Assembly (NCBI GenBank): GCA_037446695.1
Contig: JBBIHY010000001.1
Coordinates: 323,026 to 387,025, forward strand
Source of the DNA: Bacteroidota bacterium
Lineage (GTDB): Bacteria > Bacteroidota > Bacteroidia > Bacteroidales > PUMT01
Direction: 5' to 3'
Length of the DNA stretch: 64,000 nucleotides
Each line of letters opens with the position of its first letter. The stretch's first letter is position 1. Position numbers and translations under genes: made by a program. Positions 48,750-58,091 of the stretch are shown piece after piece. Below the pieces are notes generated by a model. That model was not told the origin of the DNA. It made no database searches and saw only the letters and a list, made by a program, of their open reading frames with translations.

Positions 48750-48936
48750 AGTCAAAGAATCAGATAAATTAATATTGCAAAGTCAATATTATTGACTTCC
48801 TCTACTATAAAGTGCCCAAAATTCAAAAAAGGTGACAAGCAAAAAACGATTTTTCTGGGAAATTTTTTGTTTATAACTCTCTGAATCAATGAATATATCA
48901 GCTTTTTGGAAGGTGAAAAAAAGTTGAAAAAAAATG

Positions 48937-48972
48937 AAAGGCCTGAAAATTTTTTCAGGGCTTTTTGCAAAA
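48937..48972 (-). repeat. 36-bp direct repeat copy 2, the terminator of the 48998-50851 gene (right boundary of the islet)
   Basis: AAAGGCCTGAAAATTTTTTCAGGGCTTTTTGCAAAA. It differs from copy 1 only by C to G at 48960, which weakens the stem by one pair. Confidence 0.8.
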
Positions 48973-48997
48973 AGGATTTCCAGATAACAATATTGGT

Positions 48998-50851
48998 TTA
49001 TTCTTTTATCCCGTTAAACCCGGGAGCAGGGCGAGGGCCAAACATATTCCCTTCGGGAAAACTGAAACGCTCCAGTATGGTTTCATCGTTGATTTCCTTG
49101 GAGAGGGAAGTAATGGTTTCCATGGGAATATCAAAAAGGTCATTGATGATGAGTCCATCGAGCGCATTATTGAATTTGGGATCGGTATTGAAGCAAATGA
49201 TTTTACCGTTCTGCTTGAGGTACTTTTTGAGCAGTACGGGCATATTGTAATTGCTGGGGTCCACATCTTTGATAAACTTGTCTAGTTTATTCAAATCCCT
49301 TGAATCGCCCAGGATAATTTCCGTATCAACTTTTGTTTCGGGTACCTCAAAACTATTGCGCGGACGAACATAACTTGCAAGCTCCTCGTTGTAATAATTT
49401 GTTTTGATAAAATCAATGATCACCCGTTTTGAAAAATTGGAAAAGCGGTTACTGATACTCACCGGCCCTATGAGGTAGCGGTATTCGGGGTTTTTAATGA
49501 GGAAATACAATATACCTTTCCACAGGAGAAACAGGGACATGGGTTTTCGCTGGTATTCCTTTACCACAAAGGAGCGGCCCAGTTCAATGGCCTGCTCCAT
49601 AATGGGGTACATGGGTTTAGCGATTTTGAACAGGCTCTGGATATAAAAACCCTTAATGCCGTATTTTTCCATAATTTCCTTGCCTTTGCCGGCCCGGTAT
49701 GCACCTACAATCTGGTTGGTGGCGGTATCCCAAACGAACAACTGTTGGTAGTATAGGTCAAATTCGTCAATATCCAGTTTGCGGTTGGTTCCTTCACCCA
49801 CTTCGCGGAAGGTGATTTCACGCAAACGGCCAATCTCTGTAAGGATATTGGGCATGGCAAAGGAGGGAGCACAAAATACCTTAAAATTTCCAGCCTGAAA
49901 GAGTTCATGGTTTTGCAAAAGCAATTCTACTTCTGCCATAATTTTCTCTTTTGGCACAGGGTCAATAATGGGTTCTTCCTTTACTGATCTCCTGAGGCCG
50001 GGCAGGAAGAATTTTTTTACCTCAATGGGAGTTCCAAGGGCATAGGTTTTCGCTCTGAGAAAGCGTCCGTAGCGGGCAATGTCGGTAAATTCATTTTGTT
50101 CGGCCACGGTAATGGGATTTCCAATTCTGATCCTGATGATCCTGTTCTTCTTATTGAACAGTTCGGAAGGCAGTTTTACTGTTCTTAGCAGAGGGTGAAT
50201 CAAACCAAGAATATGAAAAATTTTACTGTTGGTTCCCTGGAAATAAACCGGTACAACGGGCACCCCGGCCTTTTTGATAAATTTCAGCACGGAATTTTGC
50301 CATTGCCTGTCGGCAAAGTCTGTCCAGTCTTCGTTGTATGTGGATACTTCTCCGGCAGGAAATATTCCAAGAGGAGTGCCTTCTTTTAGTTTGCTGTAGG
50401 CATCTTTCAGGCCCGCCAGGCTCGACTTGACCCCTTTATGTGTTTCAAAGGGATTTACTGCAAGGATATAATCTTTGAGTGGTTCAATTTTTTGCAGGAG
50501 GAAATTGGCCAGGACTTTAAAATCGGGCCTGGCCATTGTGATAATTTTAAGCAATAAAACTCCATCGATTCCGCCGTAGGGGTGATTAGAGATGGTGATG
50601 AAAGGCCCATTGAGTGGAATGCGGCTCATTTCCTCATCGCTCACTTCAAACTTGAGATCCAGTTCATTAATGACTGCATCCATAAATTCCTGTGAGTCTT
50701 TCTGGTAATTTTTGGAATAGAACTTATTGATTTTATTAAGTTTCAGCAGCAGCATCAACAATTTGGCAACGCTTTCTCCTCCGAATCTGGAAAGCTTGGC
50801 GGCCTTCATAAAATCTTCTGTCTCAATTAATTTTTTTTCAGGTTGTTTCAT
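48998..50851 (-). CDS. fused lysophospholipid O-acyltransferase (PlsC-like) / GNAT-type N-acyltransferase (OlsB/GlsB-like), putative aminolipid synthase
   Basis: 617 aa. The N-terminal half has ITISNHPYGGIDG and FPAGEVS acyltransferase blocks. The central part has ITFREVGEGTNRKLDIDEFDLYYQQLFVWD...VGAYRAGKG, typical of N-acyl amino acid synthase (Acetyltransf_5) domains. Confidence 0.7.
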   Translation of the reverse strand: MKQPEKKLIETEDFMKAAKLSRFGGESVAKLLMLLLKLNKINKFYSKNYQKDSQEFMDAVINELDLKFEVSDEEMSRIPLNGPFITISNHPYGGIDGVLLLKIITMARPDFKVLANFLLQKIEPLKDYILAVNPFETHKGVKSSLAGLKDAYSKLKEGTPLGIFPAGEVSTYNEDWTDFADRQWQNSVLKFIKKAGVPVVPVYFQGTNSKIFHILGLIHPLLRTVKLPSELFNKKNRIIRIRIGNPITVAEQNEFTDIARYGRFLRAKTYALGTPIEVKKFFLPGLRRSVKEEPIIDPVPKEKIMAEVELLLQNHELFQAGNFKVFCAPSFAMPNILTEIGRLREITFREVGEGTNRKLDIDEFDLYYQQLFVWDTATNQIVGAYRAGKGKEIMEKYGIKGFYIQSLFKIAKPMYPIMEQAIELGRSFVVKEYQRKPMSLFLLWKGILYFLIKNPEYRYLIGPVSISNRFSNFSKRVIIDFIKTNYYNEELASYVRPRNSFEVPETKVDTEIILGDSRDLNKLDKFIKDVDPSNYNMPVLLKKYLKQNGKIICFNTDPKFNNALDGLIINDLFDIPMETITSLSKEINDETILERFSFPEGNMFGPRPAPGFNGIKE

Positions 50852-50957
50852 TACAACTTGCAGTATTTTGGTTTTCGCCGGAAATCAACCGCCTCCTCAA
50901 TTCGCATGTTGCACATATTAGCAATTAATTTCATAAATAGCAAGGAAAATAAGGTTT

Positions 50958-51584
50958 TTATGGGAACAGAAGGCTGATTAAGGCTGCAATGCCAAACAGG
51001 ATAATTGACAATCCCGCAATTTTATTGATCCACCAGAGGCTTTTCAACCTGAATTTGTTCCTGAATGCATTTATAAGGCTGCTGAGAGAAAACCAATACA
51101 AGGCGGCGCCCAGGTTAATTCCCAGAACAATACAGAAAGCTACAAAATAGTTCATTTCTTCAGCAAGTATACCAAGTGAAGCAAACACCGCAATAAAAAT
51201 AAACACCGCCAGGGGATTGGTTAAGGTGAGAAGAAATACCGATAGGAAATCTTCAAATATGCTGTTTTTATTCTTTCTCTGCCTGCGTATTTGTACTACA
51301 GGGTTTGTATAAAAAATTCTGAAACCAATTAATATAAGCAATACCCCGCCAATCATTTTGAACCAGGTCTGGTGTTCTTCCACGAAGTTTATAATAAAGG
51401 TGAGCCCCAGAACAGCTATAATTGCAAATACTGTATCGGCGAAAGCGGCACCCATGCCTGATGCAAAGCCGTTCAGCCTGCCGCGGTTGAGAGTCCTTTG
51501 AATACAAACCACGCCAACAGGCCCCAATGGTACCGAAGCCAGGATACCAATAACAATGCCTTTTGTGATAAAAAAAATGTCCAT
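50958..51584 (-). CDS. LysE family amino-acid exporter
   Basis: 208 aa with 5-6 TM helices and the N-terminal block GIVIGILASVPLGPVGVVCIQRTL. Confidence 0.8.
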   Translation of the reverse strand: MDIFFITKGIVIGILASVPLGPVGVVCIQRTLNRGRLNGFASGMGAAFADTVFAIIAVLGLTFIINFVEEHQTWFKMIGGVLLILIGFRIFYTNPVVQIRRQRKNKNSIFEDFLSVFLLTLTNPLAVFIFIAVFASLGILAEEMNYFVAFCIVLGINLGAALYWFSLSSLINAFRNKFRLKSLWWINKIAGLSIILFGIAALISLLFP

Positions 51585-51700
51585 GGTCTGCCTGGCTGTT
51601 TATTCGTTTTTGGGCAATGGGTAAATCATAGAGTGAAATAAGAATGCAAATATACAAACTGGTACAATTCCTGAATCAGTTTTCAATTTTAATAATCTGT

Positions 51701-53122
51701 TCAAAAGGTATTTTTGACCACAAGTTTAGGTTCAAGCATTTCGTGCATGGTATATCTTACTCCCTCTCTTCCCAGGCCTGAATCCTTAATTCCTCCGTAT
51801 GGCATATGGTCAGCCCTGAAGGTTGGCACATCGTTGATGATAAGGCCGCCCACTTCAATATGATGCACCGCGTAGTTGTATTCACCCAGGGAGTTTGTAA
51901 AAACTCCTGCCTGAAGTCCAAAATTTGAGTTATTGAGCATGTTTACTGCCTGCTCAAAACTTTTGAATGGTTCAATTGTGACTACCGGCCCGAAAATTTC
52001 ACCTGAGCAGACCAGCATTTCGGGTTTGGTATTTGTAATCAGGGTAGGTTCGTAAAACAAGTCACTTCGATTGCCTCCGCATAGCAATTCTGCCCCCCCT
52101 TCAATAGCCTGATTAACCCAGCTTTCTACCCTTGCAGCATTTTCTGTATCTATCATAACCGAAATGTCGGTTTCAGGATCTTCGGGGTTACCAGGCCGCA
52201 ATCCTTTGATTTTCTGAACAAATCTTGACGTAAACTCTCCGAAAATACTTTCCTGGACAAAGATTCTCTGCACATGAATGCACACCTGTCCCGAATAGGC
52301 ATAACCTCCGGTAAGACATTTATCCAGTGCACGATTTAAATCGGCTGTATCGCTTACAATCACGCCCGCGTTTCCTCCCAGTTCCAGGGCTACCTTCTTT
52401 TTACCGGCAGATGCCTTCATCTTCCAACCCACATCGGGAGAGCCTGTGAATGAAATCATTTTAAACCGTTCGTCGGTTACCATCTGGTTGCCGCTTTCCC
52501 TGTCCATGGGCAATATGGAAACTGCTCCTTTTGGCAGTTCAGTCTGGTCAATGAGTTGAGCGAGTTTTAGCACAGAGAGAGGGGTGGATCTGGCAGGTTT
52601 AAGTATGATGCAATTGCCTGAGGCCAGAGCCGGTGCAATTTTATGAACGGCCAGGTTCATAGGGAAGTTAAAAGGTGAAATACCGGCAATTAATCCAATG
52701 GGGAAGTACTTCACAAAAGCCTCTTTCCCTTCTCCGGCCGGGGTCCAGTCAATGGAAAGGATTTCTCCCGGCAATCGTTTTGATTCTTCTGCGGCCACAA
52801 GAAAGGTTTGCGCAGCCCGGTCAATTTCATTCATGGCATATTTAAGTGGTTTTCCCGATTCCCTGCAAAGCAGCATGGCAAATTCCTGCCTGTCTTTTTT
52901 CAACCCTTCCGAAATGGTTTTCAAAATGGAAAACTTCCTGTGGGAGGGAATGTTTTTCATGGTGTCTTTTACCTCAAGAGCTTTTTCAATACTTTCTTCC
53001 AGTTCGGTTTTACCTGCCAGCCAGGTTGCTGCAAAGACTTTGCCTGTAAAGGGATTGGATACTTCCAGTTTTTGTTTGGTTGTTGCAAACCTGCCTGCGG
53101 AATAAATCCTGTATTCATCCAT
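51701..53122 (-). CDS. NAD(P)-dependent aldehyde dehydrogenase family protein
   Basis: About 473 aa from MDEYRIYSAGRF (53122). It has ELGGNAG (catalytic Glu block), GQVCIHVQR (catalytic Cys) and PYGGIKDSGLGREG. Confidence 0.88.
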   Translation of the reverse strand: MDEYRIYSAGRFATTKQKLEVSNPFTGKVFAATWLAGKTELEESIEKALEVKDTMKNIPSHRKFSILKTISEGLKKDRQEFAMLLCRESGKPLKYAMNEIDRAAQTFLVAAEESKRLPGEILSIDWTPAGEGKEAFVKYFPIGLIAGISPFNFPMNLAVHKIAPALASGNCIILKPARSTPLSVLKLAQLIDQTELPKGAVSILPMDRESGNQMVTDERFKMISFTGSPDVGWKMKASAGKKKVALELGGNAGVIVSDTADLNRALDKCLTGGYAYSGQVCIHVQRIFVQESIFGEFTSRFVQKIKGLRPGNPEDPETDISVMIDTENAARVESWVNQAIEGGAELLCGGNRSDLFYEPTLITNTKPEMLVCSGEIFGPVVTIEPFKSFEQAVNMLNNSNFGLQAGVFTNSLGEYNYAVHHIEVGGLIINDVPTFRADHMPYGGIKDSGLGREGVRYTMHEMLEPKLVVKNTF

Positions 53123-53250
53123 GATTTGAATCCTTTTGAAATGCTGTGGTAAAAGCAAATATAAACATTGCTGAACTATTTTTGTTAGTAAATCAATTTG
53201 CTGAATCCGGGCTCAATTATTTTCCTAATTTTGCGGTCACTCCCACATAT

Positions 53251-54135
53251 ATGCCTTTTATTGATTTAAATAAAAAAACCTGGCAGTGGTTGCTGCTTAT
53301 TGCCCTTGCTTTTATCTGGGGTGCATCGTTTATTCTCATGAAAAGGGGGTTGCAATCATACAACAATGTGGAGGTGGCGGCACTGAGGATATTCATTTCT
53401 TTCCTGTTATTTCTTCCTTTAATCATCCTGAATATCAGGAAAATCTCACGCAAAAACATCTGGTCACTCTTCCTGGTAGGATTCATCGGGAACTTTATCC
53501 CTGCCTTTCTTTTTACAACGGCCCAAACACGAATCAGCAGTTCCCTGGCGGGTATTCTTAATTCTCTTACACCTATTTTCACGCTGATTGTTGGCTATTT
53601 TATTTATAAAAGCGAAGTGAAATTCTGGAACATTGTAGGCCTGGTTCTTGGATTCATTGGCGCAATCGGGTTGATTGACAATAATGGAACCGGAGGAAAT
53701 GAACAGAATATCTGGTATGCCATTCTTCCGGTGATTGCAACACTATGTTACGGGTTCAATGTAAATGAAGTTAAATACAAACTGAAGGATCTGGATGGAG
53801 TGGCTATTGCTTCACTGGCATTCCTTTTTATCGGGCCGCTTGCTGGTGCATACCTGTTGTTCAGTGGTTTTTCGGTGGCACCCGAAATTCCTAACCACCT
53901 GGAGAGCCTTGGTTATATTACACTGCTGGCATTGTTTGGCTCAGTACTGGCAGTAATTGGTATCAATATCCTGCTGAAATACACTACTGCAATTTTTGCA
54001 TCCTCTGTAACCTATATCATCCCGATTTTTGCAGTTTTCTGGGGAACCCTCGATGGGGAACCCTTTTACCTTTTCCAGGCTTTCTGGATTGGATTAATTT
54101 TATTTGGTGTTTACCTTGTTAAAAGCAGAAAATAA
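53251..54135 (+). CDS. DMT superfamily (EamA-like) transporter
   Basis: About 294 aa from the ATG at 53251, with ten predicted TM helices and an FIWGASFILMKRGL block. The ORF-track start at 53146 would overlap the divergent ALDH gene. Confidence 0.8.
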   Translation: MPFIDLNKKTWQWLLLIALAFIWGASFILMKRGLQSYNNVEVAALRIFISFLLFLPLIILNIRKISRKNIWSLFLVGFIGNFIPAFLFTTAQTRISSSLAGILNSLTPIFTLIVGYFIYKSEVKFWNIVGLVLGFIGAIGLIDNNGTGGNEQNIWYAILPVIATLCYGFNVNEVKYKLKDLDGVAIASLAFLFIGPLAGAYLLFSGFSVAPEIPNHLESLGYITLLALFGSVLAVIGINILLKYTTAIFASSVTYIIPIFAVFWGTLDGEPFYLFQAFWIGLILFGVYLVKSRK

Positions 54136-55720
54136 AAATTCTGTCCTGTACTACGCTTATTCATTCCTTACAGGTGTATTACTTGCCTTACCCTGGCATG
54201 GATTTCCGGGCTGGATATTGCTTATTGCCATTATACCCTTGCTGCTTGCTGAAAATCATTTCTCTCACAGGAATCTTTCTATTGGTGTTTTCCTTGCGGG
54301 ATTTATTGCATTTTTTACCTGGAACCTGATTGCAACAGGATGGATGATTTGGGTCAATATGGCCGGAGGTTGGATGATTATTCTTATCAATTCTGTCTTA
54401 TTTTCCCTCGTGTTCACTCTCTTCTCACATATAAGAAAAAAATTGGGAAAGGGTTCGGGTTATTTCTTGCTAATTTTGTTCTGGTTAAGTTATGAGTACT
54501 ACCTCCTTCATGGAAAGCCGGGCTGGCCCTGGCTGGTTTTGGGTAATGGACTGGGTAGTGCGCATTCATTCATCCAATGGTACAGCTTTACAGGAATACT
54601 TGGAGGTTCCTTGTGGGTCCTGCTGATGAATGTGCTTCTTTTCAGGTTTATATCGCAACCCGCCCGTTTTACATCTCTTTCACAATTCATTTCCACTGTG
54701 TTGGTCTTTTCCATAGTATTACTTCTGCCTCCCCTTTTATCCATGAGAATGAAGTCTGCAGAAGTTCCCTCCACTCACAAAATTGACATCCTGATTGTGC
54801 AGACCAACCTGGATCCTTACACTCAAAAATTTATCAACGACCCGCTTGAACAGTTCAATCACCTCATGGAGAAAACGAAGGGATCATATACTGCCGGCAC
54901 AGAACTCATTATATGGCCCGAAACCGTTTTGGACAGCCTGTGGCCGGGGAGAGCGGAGGATACCAGAATTCATGAAATTGAGAATTTTGTTGAAGACAGG
55001 GCAACAGGACTCCTGTTTGGAGCGCTATCCTTCAGGGAAGTGACCAATAGCGAGGAGTATCGTTTTGCCTTAAGAAAATCAGATGAAAGTTACTTTGTAG
55101 TTTCCAATTCTGCTTTTCTGTGGCAACAGCAAAAAGTTCAGGAATACCGGAAAAATATTCTTGTGCCGGGCGTGGAAACAGTTCCGGTGTTTTTCCACGA
55201 GGCTTTCAGGATTGGGTATTTTGCCTCGTTGGGGGGAGTTGGCGGAAGTCTCTATACAGATAATCTGAAAAACACAATCAAATTGAACGACAGCACTGCA
55301 ATTATCCCGGTTATCTGTTTTGAGAGTGCTGTTGGGCATCATGCAGTTGGTTTCAGACCCTCAAAACCTTTTCTGATTGTAAACATTACCAACGATGGAT
55401 GGTTCAGATTCAGGCATGCCTACAACCAGCATCTGATGATGGCAAAAATCCGGGCTATTGAGAACAGGGCAGAGGTGATAAGGGTGGCAAATACCGGTAT
55501 CAGTGCACACATCAGTGTTAAGGGAGAGGTACTTGAAATGCTTCCTGCAGGTACAGAAGGAACCATGATTATACAGGCAAATCTCTCGGAGAGTCTTACC
55601 TGGTATGCGCGGAGTGGTGATTTTATTGGCAGGATTTCTGTGTTTTTCACCATTCTTGCATTGTTGTTGTACCTGGTTCAGTTTTTAAAGTTTCCTTATG
55701 CAAAATATGCAAGCCATTAA
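54104..55720 (+). CDS. lnt: apolipoprotein N-acyltransferase
   Basis: About 535 aa with an N-terminal multi-TM domain and a CN-hydrolase domain carrying WPETV, PVICFES (catalytic Cys) and NITNDGWF. There is no in-frame ATG near the 5' end, so the start is TTG 54104 or GVG 54107 (uncertain). Confidence 0.85.
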   Translation: MVFTLLKAENKNSVLYYAYSFLTGVLLALPWHGFPGWILLIAIIPLLLAENHFSHRNLSIGVFLAGFIAFFTWNLIATGWMIWVNMAGGWMIILINSVLFSLVFTLFSHIRKKLGKGSGYFLLILFWLSYEYYLLHGKPGWPWLVLGNGLGSAHSFIQWYSFTGILGGSLWVLLMNVLLFRFISQPARFTSLSQFISTVLVFSIVLLLPPLLSMRMKSAEVPSTHKIDILIVQTNLDPYTQKFINDPLEQFNHLMEKTKGSYTAGTELIIWPETVLDSLWPGRAEDTRIHEIENFVEDRATGLLFGALSFREVTNSEEYRFALRKSDESYFVVSNSAFLWQQQKVQEYRKNILVPGVETVPVFFHEAFRIGYFASLGGVGGSLYTDNLKNTIKLNDSTAIIPVICFESAVGHHAVGFRPSKPFLIVNITNDGWFRFRHAYNQHLMMAKIRAIENRAEVIRVANTGISAHISVKGEVLEMLPAGTEGTMIIQANLSESLTWYARSGDFIGRISVFFTILALLLYLVQFLKFPYAKYASH

Positions 55721-55768
55721 AACAAAGCAACTGCTTTTTCTGTTTATTAATATACCCGATGATGTAAT

Positions 55769-58090
55769 ATGAGGTTTGTATTTTTCAACATATTTCTTTG
55801 CCTTGGTTTGCTGGTCTCAGCGCAAAGCAGGTATACCATCAGCGGGTACATTAAGGACGACAGAGGGGAGGATATGATTGGAGCCACAGTATATGTTGAA
55901 GAACTGAAAACAGGCACCGCAGCCAATGTATATGGGTTTTATTCAATCACCCTGCCTGCCGGAAGATACAATGTGATGTATTCCTTTGTGGGTTTTCAGG
56001 ATGTTGTTAAAGCAATTAACCTGGACAAGAATCTGAGGATGGATATTGTTCTGAATCCAGGACATTTGGAGATTGAAGCTGTGGAAATTACAGCCGAACG
56101 CAGGGACAGGAATGTGGAAAGGGTGGAGATGAGTACCGTTCGTTTACAGGCCAAAACAGTAAACCAGATCCCGGTTATTTTTGGAGAAACAGACTTAATT
56201 AAGGCTATACAACTATTGCCGGGGGTTCAATCATCGGGTGAGGGTTTTTCAGGCTTTCATGTGAGGGGAGGAGGAATTGACCAGAATCTTGTATTGCTGG
56301 ATGAGGCTACGGTTTATAATGCTTCTCACCTTGGCGGATTATTTTCCGTGTTCAACAACGATGCTATTCGCGATATACAGTTATATAAGGGCGATCTGCC
56401 TGCACGCTTCGGAGGGCGATTGTCTTCCCTTCTGGATATCAGGATGAAAGAAGGCAACCAGCAAAAGTTTTCAGGTACAGGAGGTATAGGCACTGTTTCA
56501 AGCAGAATGACAGTGGAAGGCCCCATTCAAAAAAACCGGAGTTCCTTCCTGGTATCGGGGCGCAGGTCCTATGCCGATTTGTTTTTGCCCTTATCATCAA
56601 ACGAGGATGTGAGAAACAACAAGCTCTATTTTTATGACCTCAATGCCAAGCTGAATTACAGGTTAAATGACAGGAACCGCTTTTTTATTTCAGCCTATGC
56701 AGGCAGGGATGTGTTTGGTTTTGGCGACCTGTTTGGAATGAACTGGGGTAATTTTACCACTACCCTCCGTTGGAACCATCTCTTTTCCGACAGGTTGTTT
56801 GCCAATTTTTCGGTTATTCGGAGCAATTATGACTACCGGCTCGAATCGGGACTGGATGTGCGAGGTTTCCTGTGGACATCGAAGATGAAAGACCACAGGC
56901 TTAAGGCAGACTTTACATATTTCATGAACCCCGATAACACACTCACTTTTGGCGCAGGGACAACATATCATTTTTTTGATCCCGGACTGGTGAAAGGAGT
57001 TGGAGAATCCACTGTGTTCAATGATTTAAAGGTTCCATCCACCCGTGCTCTGGAACATGTTGCATATATCGGTAATGAACAAAGGGTTACCGACAGGTTT
57101 TCGGTTAATTACGGGTTGAGGTTCACTCTTTTTCAAAACATTGGCAGGGGAAGGGTATATTCGTTTGATGAGAATTACAATGCTACTGGGTTTACAGATT
57201 ACAGCAGTTTTGAGGTGTACAATAACTTTTTTGGATTTGAACCAAGACTTTCGATGCGCTACCTGATTAACGGGGAATCTTCGGTTAAGGCGGGCTATAC
57301 GAGGACAAGACAAAACCTGCATCTTGCATCGGTTTCCACGGCTGGTTCGCCGCTCGACATCTGGATACCTTCCAGTCCAAATATTAAGCCCCAGATGGCC
57401 GATCAGTTTGCTTTAGGGTACTTCCGGAATTTCAGGCAAAATACCTTCGAGGCGTCTATAGAGGTGTATTACAAGCACCTATACAACCAGCTGGCATTCA
57501 AGGACCATGCGAATATCCTGCTGAATCCGGAACTGGAAGGGGAATTCAGGGTAGGAGAGGGATGGTCTTATGGGGCCGAGTTTTTCCTGCGGAAACAAAC
57601 CGGGGAACTCACCGGATGGATCAGCTATACCCTTTCCAGTACCGAAATAGACATTCCCGAAATCAATGAGGGAATAAGATTCCCCGCGGATTATGACAGG
57701 AGGCACGACTTTTCGCTGGTTGCAAGTTACCAGGCATCTCCGAGAGTTTTAATTTCGGCTACATGGGTATATGGCACAGGTAAACCGGTTACATTCCCGG
57801 TTGGCAGGTTTGAATATGGCAATGTGGTAGTACCTGTCTATTCGGCACGCAACGCCTATCGTTTGGAGGACTATCATCGAATGGATCTGTCGGTTATCCT
57901 CTCCGGAAAGAAAAAGCTGCTTGGGCGTGCCTACGGAGAATGGAATTTTTCTTTGTATAACCTTTATAACAGAAAGAACACCTGGCTTATTAATTTCAGG
58001 CAGAATGTGGATAATCCGGATATTACCGAGGCTTATAAACTCTATTTGTTTCCAATTATACCAGCAGTAACTTATAATTTTAATTTTTAA
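55769..58090 (+). CDS. TonB-dependent receptor with N-terminal carboxypeptidase-regulatory-like domain
   Basis: 773 aa with a signal peptide, a CarbopepD_reg-like block (SGYIKDDRGEDMIGATVYVEE...GFYSITLPAGRYNVMYSFVGF), a plug domain, and a barrel ending ...AVTYNFNF. Confidence 0.88.
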   Translation: MRFVFFNIFLCLGLLVSAQSRYTISGYIKDDRGEDMIGATVYVEELKTGTAANVYGFYSITLPAGRYNVMYSFVGFQDVVKAINLDKNLRMDIVLNPGHLEIEAVEITAERRDRNVERVEMSTVRLQAKTVNQIPVIFGETDLIKAIQLLPGVQSSGEGFSGFHVRGGGIDQNLVLLDEATVYNASHLGGLFSVFNNDAIRDIQLYKGDLPARFGGRLSSLLDIRMKEGNQQKFSGTGGIGTVSSRMTVEGPIQKNRSSFLVSGRRSYADLFLPLSSNEDVRNNKLYFYDLNAKLNYRLNDRNRFFISAYAGRDVFGFGDLFGMNWGNFTTTLRWNHLFSDRLFANFSVIRSNYDYRLESGLDVRGFLWTSKMKDHRLKADFTYFMNPDNTLTFGAGTTYHFFDPGLVKGVGESTVFNDLKVPSTRALEHVAYIGNEQRVTDRFSVNYGLRFTLFQNIGRGRVYSFDENYNATGFTDYSSFEVYNNFFGFEPRLSMRYLINGESSVKAGYTRTRQNLHLASVSTAGSPLDIWIPSSPNIKPQMADQFALGYFRNFRQNTFEASIEVYYKHLYNQLAFKDHANILLNPELEGEFRVGEGWSYGAEFFLRKQTGELTGWISYTLSSTEIDIPEINEGIRFPADYDRRHDFSLVASYQASPRVLISATWVYGTGKPVTFPVGRFEYGNVVVPVYSARNAYRLEDYHRMDLSVILSGKKKLLGRAYGEWNFSLYNLYNRKNTWLINFRQNVDNPDITEAYKLYLFPIIPAVTYNFNF

Positions 58091-58091
58091 C

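Noticed and set aside
48906-49285. Plus-strand ORFs 48906-49250 and 48965-49285 spanning direct-repeat copy 2
   Set aside because: They overlap the terminator hairpin and the 3' end of the well-supported acyltransferase gene on the other strand. No motifs are present.
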